Below, piece by piece: positions 14,101-27,149 of a stretch of DNA of 64,000 nt. The DNA comes from Vitrella brassicaformis CCMP3155 (lineage: Eukaryota; Protista; Chromerida), in NCBI GenBank assembly GCA_001179505.1, contig CDMY01001045.1:154111-218110 (forward strand). Reading direction: 5' to 3'. Every line of letters starts with the position of its first letter. Positions within the stretch are counted from its first letter, which is position 1. The notes under the pieces were generated by a model. That model worked only from the letters and a program-made list of their open reading frames with translations. It made no database searches and was not told the origin of the DNA. The position numbers and the translations under genes are program-made.

Positions 14101-14815
14101 TGAAGTTCGTTTGATTGTGCGTGAAAGACACCGGACTAGGGGCCCACTTACTCTCTGTTTGTGCTTGTGTGTATGACCTGTGTGCTGTTTCTGTTGATGG
14201 CTGACTGGATGGCAGGACGAGTATTTCGGGAAAGGAGACGCCTGAAAAGTGGCGGGCGTCTGTCTCTTTGCACAAACGACAAGACAGGTGGACTGAAAAT
14301 AGTGTCAATATCCGTGTCTCTGTGCTCCCTGTCTTGCATTATGTCGTGGCCTCCCTGATGAGCACGTGCTGATGACCGGTGACCTGCGCCGTCTGTTTAT
14401 GGCTGGCGAGTGGCGGGAGGTACATAAGGGCAGGCATAGCCTTCACGCGCGGCCGTCCTGCGGCGGGTCTTACTGGCGGTGAGGCCCCGGGGCTGTTCGG
14501 GCCGAAGGACACAGAAGGGCGGGCGGCAGCGCTGCGTACGACATAAGGCGGCATGTGGTGGGGAGGCGGGCCAGCAGAGCAGCTACTACTGGGCCGGGGA
14601 CGTCCCCGGCAAGATGGATGGATGCCCACACCAGAAAGGGCCGGGACGACCAAATTTGCAGGACTCATAAAGGTCTGCGCTTTTGGTGCTGGGTCTGTCG
14701 AGACAATTGGTTGGTGTGCTAATGTGTGCGTGATTGATTGGCCGATGGATGGCATGAGCGTGTGTTGCTCGATATATACTTGCTGGACGAACGGACCGGT
14801 GGCAGTGTGCACCAA
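11113..14815 (-). CDS. OST-HTH (LOTUS) plus OST-HTH-associated (OHA) domain protein, putative RNA-binding
   Basis: Phase-consistent exons read LLLEAVNGMYADETPPGESEVCRRVRE, AYSLFRGVYSV...VYLLEPPQG, FEGFVDPRADYEYPAVVWQQL, GGRYGTGYEI and LTLGHVCRLTQQAIKKGILTY (OHA-like). They are followed by LEEMLAEHPKGILLCQLRK, HNFVLDHQAFGY and SKLLAVAPFKCFCRL (OST-HTH-like), then a Ser/Gln-rich tail. The 5' exon 14815-14382 is tentative; an alternative start lies at 13806. Confidence 0.75.
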
Positions 14816-15122
14816 CCATCATTGATTACGCAGTGACTTGGTCAATGACAATCCATCGATGGGTCATTGCATTGACTGCCCACGCACGCCAGCAGGATAG
14901 GGAGGGAGGCTCGTGGCACGCTGCATGTAGTTCTGTGGGTGAATACGTCTGTGTGTCACACAGTGTGTATCTGCGTCCACTCAGGAACATCCATTCGGAC
15001 ACGCACTCCCGTCATGCATTCATGCAGCCGTGTTACCTACAAAAAACAACTAAAAGGTTGTGCATTTCACTTACGTTGTATGGGGCGCGGTCACAAAGTC
15101 ACCTGCTCTCACAGACACATTT

Positions 15123-15153
<31 letters not shown>

Positions 15154-15202
15154 TAGCATAAGCGCAGAAATCAATGGAGACACATCAATGCTACTTACAT
15201 AC

Positions 15203-16246
15203 TTATCGTGCTCGGCAGCAGAGGTAGACGCCAAAGGCAATGGCCCCGGCCGACAGCATTACGCCACCACCGATCAGCAGCCACGTGTACTTGTGCCAGA
15301 AAGACGTCTCGGCGTTCTTGTCTGCCTGTTTCTTGGCCTGGGCGTTCAAGATGTGTTCCAGTGGGAGCTTCCGACAGCACTTGCAGCTCTTCGCCAGAGC
15401 ATCTCGCGTGTAGGCTGCAGGGCGGGTTTCCCCCGTGGCGTCGTCTCCGATCCTGTACCTTCCATAGCGGGTGAGCGTGCTGTCAATTTCGTCGAGAATC
15501 GGTTTTCTGCACTCCTGCAAATGGGCTTCGTTGAGACTGGATGGAGGCAGGCATGAAAGTGACAAGAAGACACACACGTACAACAAATCCTATCATGTAC
15601 CACAGGCACGGCTGGCTCACTGGCGAGGGATGCCAGCCTCCGAGTCCCTTCATGACGTCAGTGGTGATCGTGCATTCTTTGCCTCCCTTGCAGGCCTCAT
15701 TCGGATCGCAGTGATTTGCTGTCGCACCAGCACAAACACACACACACACACACACACAACACACACATCAGATGTTGGCAGGACTCAGGAGACACTCAAC
15801 AGCATTCGTAATGTGTCGGGTCGAAGGCTTCGGTGGCTTCGGCCTCAAGCAGGGCGGCGGGTTCGAGCTTGCTAGAGTGGCGAGGCAAACGATGACGGCC
15901 CGCTCCAACTGTGTTTACTCCATGTACACACACACATAGCCGGCAATATATACTGATAGCGCTGTCTCCCGCTACGTCGTTTCGTTCCTTACCGATGGCC
16001 TCGAGGGCCCCTGAGCGGGTCATCGGGTGCTGTTGTCGGCTGTCACGGGTGCTGCTGTCGGCAAAGGCCGTCTGCTGTGCTGCAGCATCCATGATAGCAG
16101 CAGCAGCAGCAGCAGCAGCAGAGCGTCAGACAGCAGACGGCAGACGGCATGCGGATGGAGCGCAGCGCCTGCGTACCCCGCCAGTTGCCGGTGTGCGCGG
16201 CGGCACAGAAGCTTATGAGTAGGACCGAGGCGATTACTGGCATCAT
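15203..16246 (-). CDS. Orphan Cys-rich type I membrane protein
   Basis: A five-exon, phase-consistent model: signal peptide MMPVIASVLLISFCAAA, Cys-rich ectodomain (HYECSNHCDPNEACKGGKECT...PCLCLNEAHLQEC...SCKCC), TM segment WLLIGGGVMLSAGAIAFGVYL and short tail CCRAR*. Confidence 0.7.
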
Positions 16247-17120
16247 ATTGAACTCGGTCGGCTGATTCACTCTGCCCCACCTGGCAGTTTACGGTGGCTT
16301 CGTCTACTTCGTGCTGTTGACGTGGGCGTGTGAACCTGGGCCGGATAAATGAGACACGGATAAACTCTTCGATTTTGAACTCTCCCTGGGGGCTGGTGGG
16401 GCCCCCCGCGTCTCCCCAGCGTGCGGTGCTAGAAACTCCTAGGCCTGCTCTTGTGATCGGTGGATGGGATGAGGGCCCCTGCCTTTGCTTGCAGCGAAAT
16501 GATATGTTCTGTTGGTGAGTTAATCTGTGCAGGGAAGCGGCGCCGAAGGATGGTTCTCCGGCTTTTTGCAGCTTTCTCCCTTTCCGTCGTGGTCCAATGT
16601 GAAGCGGCGGTGGACCAATGGACGGATGACGGCGCGAACAACTGCAAAGGGACAGGGTGGCTGCCGCTTTAGTGATGTCTCCCTCCGTTTGTACCGACCA
16701 CATCTTGTCATCTCGTCTGTTCTTTGAAAATGTGCGAAGATTGAAAACGTGCAGCGGGAGACAGCGAAGCATTTGAGAAAACGCCACACACGCCGCCACG
16801 GATATGTTCGTCTTATGCATTCATGGGATTGATGAAAGTCATCCATCAGCAGAGAGCACACTAAGCTGCTCATAGAAGGCGACCATTCAGGCACACACGA
16901 CTCGAGACTACACGCTCCGTCTTCCCTGTGAATAAACACTCACACAGGGCGTCCCAGCCAGATACTATCTGGCAAGCAGACCGTCACCTTGAGGGACAGG
17001 CAGGCAAGACAAGGCCAAGCTACTTCGTCCAGTACACCAGCCTGCCTGGCTCCTGCCGTACACACACAGACCAGCATCCCGCCAGCACCAGTCCAACAGA
17101 CAGATAGGCGCGCACGTCCC

Positions 17121-18374
17121 CTATCCGCCCGCCCCTAGGTCGTCAACAACTGCTGCGTGCTTGTCTCCTCGTCCTCTGATTAGCATTTCAGGCTCTCTGA
17201 GCTGGCTATCGTCCGATACTCTCAACAAGAGGCTCATACGGCAGGAAGGTCCGGCTCGCGATTGGAGTGGAACGTCCAGGGCAAACTTTTGCATTTTCCA
17301 AGCATCGGAAAATGGAGCGTATATCTCACCACTCATGTGAAGGGAAGGATCTACCTCCAACTGAACGCAGGAGCGCAGCAGGGATGGCATGATACCAACA
17401 CCTGTTCGCCAACGTACCTCTGTGATTGATGCATATGTGACGCCCCATCGCGGGAACTGCACTCCAGGGGCGAGGCAACGTGTTAGGTTACACACATTGC
17501 AGTTGTGGGCCACGAGCAGCACTGTGTCATCCGGGTGGGCAGCCAGGATGGCCCTCATCACCTACAGGCAAAGAATGTATACAACCGGAGACCACACAGA
17601 TATACGTTTGCTCGCTCTCTCGTGCATGCCCACCTTCTGGCACCTCATGTAGAAGGCTTCATCCTGAACATACATACGACGTTATGCGCAAATACGAATG
17701 ATTGCACATCATCACTACCTGTGGCTGTACTGCTGACCCACCTCACCGTTTCTGGGAATGCGGGCACGTCCGTCTTGGTTTTGTGCTGAGGATCGATAAG
17801 CGGCAGGGTCTTGATGAGCTGCGATGGGGCCAACATCTTGGGCATGGGGTCACCGCCACCCTCAGCAGCTGACCTGAAGACGTTTGATGCAATTGATGCA
17901 AACAGACGGGTCGGAACACAGGCCATGATTGACGTGTCGTTCCCACCGTTGTGTTCTCTACGTACCTTTGTGCGAGTCCCGGTTCGATGCAGACGCGCAC
18001 TGTGCCGCCCAGAGCTGTTGCCGCGCTGTGCGCAGTGCACACGCAACGGATGTAGGGAGAGCTGTAGATCACAGAGATACCTGCAGCAATATATGAGAAA
18101 AGCAAGAATGCCTGCTTCATGCCTGAATATACATACACACATGTCTTCCTTACCCTTGCCCCGCAGCGCCATTCCCATTTCGTAGGCCTACACCAAGCAC
18201 ACACACAGACAGGAAGAGCGACGTTGCCCTGAGAGCCATCCGCCTCTTGTTCATTTTACGCAGTACCTGTCGGTGGCCACGTGCAGTGAGCAAGATATCT
18301 TCGGGCACAGCAGACGTGGTCGGCTCGACGTGGTCGATGCGCTCGCCGTGACGGCAGAGGAAAAGGCGAGGCAT
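17121..18374 (-). CDS. Histidine phosphatase (phosphoglycerate mutase) superfamily protein
   Basis: MPRLFLCRHGERID (RHG catalytic motif), LTARGHRQA, VIYSSPYIRCVCTA, CIEPGLA and DDTVLLVAH lie on successive exons. An additional N-terminal segment up to about 18620 is possible. Confidence 0.88.
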
Positions 18375-18797
18375 GGTCCAACCCAATGCCAGGTCCACAA
18401 ACGAGCGCTAACGGCCACGATTCGGAAGCCATCCGGCCTGCCTCCGTTTCTTCCGTATGCGATGATGTCTTGCGCCAGCTGCTTGATCTCGCCGTCAGCC
18501 CGGGGCGTGGCCATCTTGATGGACTCGTGCAGCACATCCGTGAGGCCGGCCGCCGTCAGCACCAAATCTCAGGTCATGCAGGTGCGATAGCGAAAACGAC
18601 CCATCGACGGCCTCACCATCTTCTCCCTTTCGTTTCTTGGGCCGCCTGGTGCTCCTGCTCACAAAGGCGTAATCATACTGCGTGTGTGTGCTTGTCTGGC
18701 TGTCCGTGTGGGTGTCGGCGAAAATGCGAGCTTGTAGTGGATCGCGTTCATCCGGCAGACTCTGCCTGGCGTTGCGCTATACTTGAGCCCAGACAAA

Positions 18798-21700
18798 ATG
18801 ATGATAACGGCTGTCCTTCTGCTGGTTCTGCTCGGAAAGAGAGCCACCGTGGTGACTGCCCAATGTGAGTAGGGGCCAAAACATGTCGTGACGATTCTGT
18901 CCACGTGCACTAGTCTGTGCTCGTGTGCCGTCCTGTGTTTCATTTGTCAGCCCCCCCTGCGACGAATGAGGCGGGCTTCAGAGCGCTGTTCGGTACTTCT
19001 GACTTCGTCGCGCCGACATGTGCCTCAACGAAGACGGTCACAAATGCAGCTGATTCTGGGGTTGGCACACTACGAGAGGCACTTGGGATGCTTGAAGCGC
19101 AACAGCCCGACACAGAAGCGACCATCCGCTGCATTCGCATCGACTCCAGTGTGACCCAGATCGTCCTGCAAAGCAGTCTCATCTTCAAGGGGCGCAATGT
19201 CTACTTATTCGCTGAAGACATCAGCAATCCGGACTCTTTCCCTGTTGTGAAGGCCCCAGATAGAGCTGAGCTGCTCATTGCAGAGGGAGCCAATGACTTC
19301 ACCATTGCTGGCATTCGCATCACCAACAAAGGCGCAGATCGGAACTATGACGCGCCGCGTCAGGTGATTCTTCTCAAACCGAACCGACAGTCGAATATCA
19401 AGGCAAGTGTGGCCTTCTATCGAGTATCCATGGAGGAGTGCAGCAACCCGGATGAAGGATGGTTTTCAGCAGTGCGCATTGAGAAAAACTACGCATCTCA
19501 GACGGATAGCATTGATGTCTCGTTCTGGGAATCGGCTTTCCACGGAAACGAAGGGAGCGTACTTGAGTGTACTTCGTCAGGATCATATTCTCCCATCAGG
19601 AGGGTCACTCTGAAGAAAACCTTGGTTTATGGAAATCGGATATATGATGGCCCCGATACTACAATTTATTACGCTATGGTGAATCTCCTTCAATGCGGTG
19701 CAGCCATTAATGATACAACATTCGACAGCAACGAGGCTTCGGAAGCCGATTGCGGCACTGCGCCGATCTTGAGACTTGGAGGCCTCGAGCAGTCCGAAAG
19801 AGTGGTCGTCTACGAATCGACTTTCCAAAACAACCACATAAAAGCACAATGCGGGAGCGAAGAGCACGTGATCGTAGTTTCTTACAACGTCAAGAGCGTG
19901 ACAATCGAGAAGAGCATCTTTGTTGGCAATACTCGAGAATCTATTGGCCATGGCCGAGTGACATCTTATGACGGGAGTGCGCTCAAAATTACCAACATCC
20001 ACGGTCATACTAAGAGAGTAATACACGGTACTGCTCTTTGATGTTCGAATGTATGTTCTTTAGCTGATGTCGTCGTTACCGATTGCATCTTCCAAGATAA
20101 CAGGCCGGGAGCTATCTACATTTACCGGCAATACGGAAATCAATATCATGGACAACGCGGCGCGGTTATTATCAGGGGATCAACATTTATGGACAACGCG
20201 GCGCTGAGCAGCGATGATGTTGACGACGCGAATAGCCGCTGTGCGCTGTATATACATTGGTATCGTCATGTTGAGGTCGTGGACAACTGTTTCGTGGAAA
20301 ACGAGCTCACAACAATGATACACGCGATCGACCGGAATGAAGGCCGCCTCGATACTGAGACATTCACCCTCAGCGGCAATGGGCTCGTACCAAGGGCAGT
20401 GGGTGGCGAATCAGACGTCTTGTATAAGTTTGAGAACCCGAACCAGTACTACGAAGGCATAATCATCGGTACAAATGAACAGAAGTGCGCCAACGTATGT
20501 GGCAATGGACTAGTGATGCCCGGCATTGAGGAGTGTGATGATGTCGGAACACCTGACAGCCTTGCAACACCAGAAAACGGCGATGGCTGTAGTGCGTCGT
20601 GTACGATCGAAGAGGGGTGGGAGTGTAACAATCTGGAAACATTCGATGATGACGGAGAACGACCTTTACTGCACACGTGGGTGAAGGCATACAGAAAAGG
20701 AGAAAAATGAGACACGATGCTTGTGATATAAGTTGGATTGTTCTCTCGTTGGGCTCTCTTGCAGCTCGGCCAATGATCCCCACCCTCAGTACCGACACTT
20801 TTAGCACTCGAATCTTGCCTTTCACAGTGGGAATTATCCTTTCCGAGCCAGCCAAATCTGGCACTTTTGAGGCCGGTGATATTGCACTTTCTGGTGCTGC
20901 TGAGGCGTCTGTTACTTCTCTGCAAACTGTCTCCAATCAGCACTTCACAGCCAATCTGGAGCCAACTAGCGGCGGCAGTTTAAGTATTGAGCTGACAGCC
21001 GGCAAAGTGGAGCTGCACAATGTGCCTGGCCATTTCAACGAAGATTCCAACGTCTTGACCGTCACAATCGGTGGGTGCACATGTAGAGAGACGAGAGGTA
21101 GGGCATGAGTGTGGACGCGTTGTGGTTTTCTAGATTCAACCAGACCGACTCCCGTCTTAGCAGCACCAGCGGCCTCTCCTGATCTTATTGTGGAAAGTGA
21201 CCCTTTCATTGTGACAGTGATCTTCGACGAGGCTATCAAGACTTCTACACTTACACTCAGTGATTTTAGCGTCACGAACGCTTCCGTGGTCAGCGTGACT
21301 GAGACGGGGGCCTCCAGCGACACCTTTAGCATTGGTGTAGCACCGGATACAGAGGGAGGGGTACAAGTGCAGCTCCCAGAAGGCAAAATTGAGGACCTGG
21401 TCGGCAACCTAAACGCGGCCTCAAACGTCTTGGTAGTTACCTACGGTGGGCATAAAAGCAGACACGTACGTACATACTTTGTGTCTCGCTTCTTCATGTA
21501 TTACATGCGCTTCTAGAAATGCCGCCAACAACCATTCCGCCGCCAAAAGCTGAACCTCCCACCACTACGGAAGATGCAGCCCTCCCGCCAGGTCTTCTTT
21601 CTCGCATCCTGGCAAAGAAAAAGCCAAATGCCTACCTGCTTTGTACGTGCCATGCTCAGGTGGAGGCGATGGGCCGCCAGACGGCGAGAATGGTGTGCCG

Positions 21701-22852
21701 CCAGAAGGAGAGAATGGCGAGGCGATAGGTCAGATCCATCAATCGGCCCACCTGTTGGCAATGCACCCGGTGTCTTTTTGCAGGTCCGCCCGATCCGTCA
21801 GATGGAGAGACGCTGCCGCCTCTTCCGCCAAACATACCCTTTGATCAGGTGGAGATTTCGTCAGGGAGCTCAGATGGCGATCCAGCGGAAGGTTGCCAAA
21901 TGTCCTACTCAGCAGCAGGAGGTGATCACATGCATCCATGCATACGTCAAATGCTCTTTTGATTGTCGCATTATTTACTCATTTGTTGCCAGATGTGCGT
22001 TTGGCCTGTGCCGACTCAGAAAGCAGGAAGTTCATTTCTCTGGCCGAGAGCAGCGTGATCGTGCACGTCGAAGGCTCGAGACATGATGACACTTTGAGGG
22101 GCAACAGCCAAGACAACACTTTGGTTGGAGGCGATGGAGCGGACACACTCGATGGGCGCGGAGGCGTCGACCAGCTCGCTGGCGGCAGAGGTGCTGACAC
22201 CTTTGTCGTCTCGGATGTGCCGTGTGATGTGACAATTCTCGACTTCGACACCGGCAGCACTCACGATCGGGTGAACCTTGTCAGCTTCGCCTCACTCACG
22301 AAGATGAGCGATCTACAGGAGAGAATGACCAGCGGCAGCGTGATCCTCGACCTCGATCCGAGCCACAGAGTGCGGATCCTCCACCGGACACTTCAGGAGA
22401 TTTTCGACCCCAGATACTTCCTGTTGACTAGTGAGCTCGAGACAGAGGGCGTGGCGAAAGACGAGGAATGCGGCTGGTTCACCTACAGCCGACCTGAATG
22501 TGTCGATACAATCCTTTCCATCGTATTGGGCATCGTCGGTGTGGCCGGCCTGGGTATTGGGACATGGCAAGTCGTCCATAACTTTTTGAGGCGGGGCCAG
22601 AATCCGACACCAGAGGCGGGAGAGAAGCCGACAGAGAAGGAAGAGGGGATGGATCACCGGAAGCGATCCATATCTGACACTCGAGACAGCCGCAAAAGGA
22701 GGTACCTTGAGACCAAAACCGAGCGGCGAGTCTTGGGAAGCGACTTTGTCCAGGGCCTGCAGGAGGAAAAGCCATCAGGAGATGAGAGCGGGTCGCGTGG
22801 AAGGGTGGAGGACGCTGCTGCGTCTGACCTTTCTTTTCTGTCGTACTTATAA
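18798..22852 (+). CDS. Large adhesin-like surface protein: signal peptide, parallel beta-helix, Cys-rich CGNG repeat, two Ig-like domains, Pro-rich linker, RTX Ca-binding repeats, TM, cytoplasmic tail
   Basis: Signal peptide MMITAVLLLVLLGKRATVVTAQ, then TVTNAADSGVGTLREAL and FxxN-type beta-helix repeats (FHGN, FDSN, FQNN, FVGN). Next come CGNGLVMPGIEECDD...NGDGCSASCTIEEGWEC, two Ig-like exons (PFIVTVIFDEAI...LNAASN), the GGxGxD nonapeptides GGDGADTLDGRGGVDQLAGGRGADTF, and TM ILSIVLGIVGVAGLGIGTW. Stop at 22852. Confidence 0.85.
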
Positions 22853-23114
22853 GACAATTTTTTTTGCGTGTCGGTCATCAGACAGGTTTTTGCACTTCTC
22901 ATATGTGTCAAGTCTGATGCAAAAACCTGTCACTATTGCCTAATCTGAATCCCTCATGCTAATCGATCGATGGCTATGCTATCTGTGTCTCTAACATGAT
23001 ATTCTATATTTCATCGCCGCCCGCCGGCAGATCCGGGAGGGAGAGGAGCGGCACAAAGAGCTGCTCGATTAAAAAAAGCAACACTGGCTGCTTATTCACA
23101 CTTCTCTCTCCCTT

Positions 23115-23154
<40 letters not shown>

Positions 23155-23159
23155 TGTGT

Positions 23160-25079
23160 GGATGTCAGAGTTGGGTGTGTTGTGTTCGTTGGCTTGTCGG
23201 GCGGATGCCGTGGAGGCGCACGAGAAGAGCTTCATCGAGAATGCATCCGCGGCCCTCCACGATCCGCGCACCCAGAGGGACCGACAGATGGCCAGCCTCA
23301 ACAAACAACATCACGCACAAATCAAACCACTCCAGCAGCAACACAACNNNNNNNNNNNNNNNNNNNNNNNNNNNNNNNNNNNNNNNNNNNNNNNNNNNNN
23401 NNNNNNNNNNNNNNNNNNNNNNNNNNNNNNNNNNNNNNNNNNNNNNNNNNNNNNNNNNNNNNNNNNNNNNNNNNNNNNNNNNNNNNNNNNNNNNNNNNNN
23501 NNNNNNNNNNNNNNNNNNNNNNNNNNNNNNNNNNNNNNNNNNNNNNNNNNNNNNNNNNNNNNNNNNNNNNNNNNNNNNNNNNNNNNNNNNNNNNNNNNNN
23601 NNNNNNNNNNNNNNNNNNNNNNNNNNNNNNNNNNNNNNNNNNNNNNNTGCTGTGCTGCACGCCTTCATGCATACGTGCCTTGCATGTGTTTTGTCGACCT
23701 TTTCGACGTCCTGTTGCGTTCTTTTGCTTCGAGTGTGTGTGGGAGGCACTGCACGTGTGGTGTGCGCTGGGGATTGTTCGCATTGTTCGCCTTGCTGGGA
23801 ATGACCTTGTCGCGTTGCTGCTTTGCCTTCTGCATATTGCTCACGTGGACGTTTCACTCTGCAAACCATGAATACACCCATGACTGGCCTGTACGGCTCT
23901 GCTGCATACATAGTCTCTTTCCTCCCTCTTTCGCCGGGTGTACAATAAGTACATAGACACATGCGATCCGATCGATGCGCTGCCGAGACACAACTCGATC
24001 TCGCGTCAACTCTCTCGCTCTGCCTGTCGCCCGCCCACTACACACACACACACACACACACATACACACACATGAGTGTCTCTCCGCATGACCAGCCAGC
24101 CCCACTCGATGACATCTCGCCCATGACGGCAGCCGACACGGCCCGTCAGCTTGCCGAGCTGTCCTTGTTGCTGAAGGCGCTGCCGGCCCGATATCTGTCG
24201 GTGGCCGAGCTGCACGCCAGGGCCGAGTACGTCGACGCGGTGGACAAGTGCGGCCAGCTGGAGAGGGCAAAGGAAGCGGCCAGGAAGGACGTCGAAGACA
24301 TGAAGAAAGGTCAGCTGGGAGAGACATCCATAAATCCATCGGTCGATCGGCTGCTCTGCTGTTCTGTCTGCGTCTTCACTTCCCCATTCACCGATCGGTG
24401 TGTGTGTGTGTGAGTGTCAGCGTGTGCTGAGGCTGAGGAGAGGATCGCATCGATCAGACGGGAGACGCGACAAGTGCGTGTGTGTCTCTGTGTGTCTGCC
24501 CCACTCATTCATTCATTCATTCATTTATTCGGTGTCTCTCTCGCTGCCAGGTCTATGCCCACATTTCTCAACTGACCTGCGACCTCCACAAGACACAACA
24601 GGTCTGACTTCATGACCCACACATCCATCCATCCACAAATCCTCGCTGCTGTGTGCTGTCCATCTATGTGTGTGCAGGAGCAGCACGAGTGCGAGGCCAA
24701 GTGGCAATCGCTGCAAAAACGTCTGGCCGCCGCACAGCAAGTCACCAAACAAACAAAGATGCAGACACAGACACAGAGACAGGCGATAGATGCTCTCGGT
24801 GTGTGTGGCTCAGGAGCATGACGTCATGCTCAGACACGAGGACAAGACCGCCAAAATGACAAATGAAAACAAAGTGAGAAGAGGCTGCTTTGGCAGCATC
24901 TCACCTGTCTGTCTGTCTGTCTGTCTCAAGGTCTGTCTGTCTGTCTGTCATTGTGCTTGCTGCAGAGCGAAGACGAGACACACAGTAGGCCCCCGACAAT
25001 GCGCACAAACGAGCGGCGCAACAACTACAAGAAGCAGCGCCGGTCAGCCAGCCCGTCCTCATGGTGTCGGCCGATGTGA
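23160..25079 (+). CDS. Coiled-coil protein of unknown function, interrupted by the gap
   Basis: Phase-consistent exons from 24072 to 25079 read ARQLAELSLLLKAL...QLERAKEAARKDVEDMKK | AEAEERIASIRRETRQ | EQHECEAKWQSLQKRLAAAQQ | EHDVMLRHEDK. The pre-gap segment EAHEKSFIEN...QQQHN has similar composition, but its linkage to these exons is unproven. Confidence 0.5.
23348..23647. other. Assembly gap (300 N)
   Basis: Run of N in the sequence. Confidence 1.
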
Positions 25080-25513
25080 CTGACGCACACAAAGTGAGTG
25101 CCTAAATTGTCCTTGGTGCGTGCAGGTCGTTTTATGACGTCCCGCAAGTCATCAACAGACCGACGGACGACGGCCACGCGGTGAGACAGGCGAAGGGCGT
25201 AGATCGTGTGTGGTGACGCACGAGTTGGCGGCTGTGTGTCTTGTCTTGTGGAGTGGATCTGTCCGACATGATGCAGTCGGGCGGTGTGTGATGAGATGTC
25301 AACCGAATGAAGAGCTCACTTGTCAGCTGCAGGGCGGACAGACAGAGATGGATGGAAAAGCTAGCTTATTTGCTTATCTGTTTGTGTGGACAAAGAGACA
25401 AACACAGACTGACCCGTGTATATGGCGTAATCAAGAACGAGGGGAGGAAGGAAGCCTTACTTTCGATACGTGCAACCTATCCACACATATCGACTGTCCG
25501 TCCCCAATTCCAT

Positions 25514-27026
25514 TCACCCGTCCACCCGCCCACCCGCCCACTCGTCCAGTTCTTGCAATGGGTCATTTGCGATCACTGTGTCACATGTCTCATCAGCCCT
25601 CTTCCTTCTGCCACGCTTCCTGTCGCCTTCTGTCACCTCTCCCGCTCCCATGCTCAACGCCGGCGCCTCTGGTGAAGGCGCCGATGGAGAACTTACCATT
25701 GAGTCACTTGACCCACTCTGGTCGTTATCCGCACCTTGCTCGCCAACCCGGGGCCGTCTCCTCTTCGGTGCGCCTCCATTCGGATATCGGGGCTCGGGGG
25801 AGGCATTGAGGATGTTGTCCAAGGCATACGGGTCCGCAACACCAGCAACAGTGGTGCTGTGAGGGCCCGGGATCGAGGAGGCTGAGGTGACGATAGACAA
25901 TCAAATGGCAGTGTATCAGAGCATACCGGATGCTCTGGTTTTTTCGCACCTGGCTCCTCTCGTTGGCGTCTCGGAGGGCGAGCGGCGACTGGGCCAGGGA
26001 CTGGCAAAGAGTAAATTGCTTGATGCGATGGTGGAAAGTCAGCAGCTGACTGCGACAATGCAGGTAGGCCGTTCACGGCTGCTGCGATGGCAGGCTGAGG
26101 CTCACAGACGGGGGGCTTTTTGCTGGCGTCGGGCTCGAGAGAGAGCAGATCGGCTAGCGAGGGGTCAACAGCGCCTTCCCTTGCGGCCTGGGCTATCCCT
26201 GGACACGACACGTGAATATACGACACCTGCAATTCTTTGTATCTGCCCTGTTCTCATACCTGGCCTGAATGGGACAAATCGCGGCTGGGAGGGCTGGGAG
26301 GGGGCAGGCTGCCCCACAAATGGGACCGCCTCCATTGCCGTGGGTGCGGCGTCCTCGGGCGATGGCTGCTCGCTCTCATCGTGTGTCGGGTCCCTGGTGT
26401 CTGCCATTCGCTTCTGAAACAGCCCACACATCCAGTTCGTCATTCCAGCCGGTAGGTAGCCCGACTCATCTTCCCACCTCTGCTTCTTCTGCTTCTTCTG
26501 CTTCCTGTGTGCGTCCCTCCACTTCGTCCTCAATATCTTCCTGCGGCATTTCATCCTTGTGCTTGGCCTCTCCTTCCTGCCAATGGTAAGAAATCGAGCG
26601 GGACGTGGCTTAGCTGCGTCGCTGCTGCGTTGTGCTCCATGTGCTCACGAAGGCTGGCAGTGGTTGCACTTGCGCAGGTACTTCGAGTGCGGCAGGCTCT
26701 TCGGGTGGTGGCGTCACTGGAATGGGCGGCTGCGCAATGGGCTCCTCTAGCGCTTCGTCAGCATCATCATGATGGCCGAGTGTGCTCGAGGGGGGCACGC
26801 CTGAGGGATCCAGCGTCTGCATGGGCAGCTCGTCAACCGCGGTTTGTCGACTGTTTTGGGGCAGAGGGACAGGAGGGGCACTTCGCGGAGCCTCCTGCTC
26901 GCTGACTGTAGACGCTTTCTTCTTGACGGCTTTGCCACTTGCTCGCCTTCCGGCACGACCTCCTGCTCGAGCGGGCTTGGGGCTCTCCTTTCTGCTGACA
27001 GCCTTCGCTGGCGGCTTCTTGGGCAT
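25514..27026 (-). CDS. Low-complexity Pro/Glu/Lys-rich hypothetical protein
   Basis: Begins MPKKPPAKAVSRKESPK, followed by acidic and Pro-rich spliced exons and the basic clusters KRRRPR and KRGRRKR (NLS-like). No recognisable domain; the 3' end is uncertain. Confidence 0.5.
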
Positions 27027-27149
27027 TTCCTTCGGGCGTTTCTGAACCGAACGAGGGGGGCTTGGCGGTGGAGAGACACCAGACGGGAGAAGACTGATTT
27101 AAGTGATGGACAGACATGCAGACATGCAGAGGAACGTGCGTGGGCTCAT

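Noticed and set aside
16550-16672. Short signal-peptide-like ORF containing QWTDDG, the same hexapeptide as in the ARH gene
   Set aside because: No other ARH motifs nearby and I could not build downstream exons; treated as coincidence or a fragment.
23027-23070. Possible orphan terminal exon IREGEERHKELLD*
   Set aside because: Too short, with no upstream partner exon. It may be a coiled-coil gene remnant but cannot be supported.
22996-23962. Long ORFs spanning 23348-23647
   Set aside because: Artefacts of translating through the N gap.
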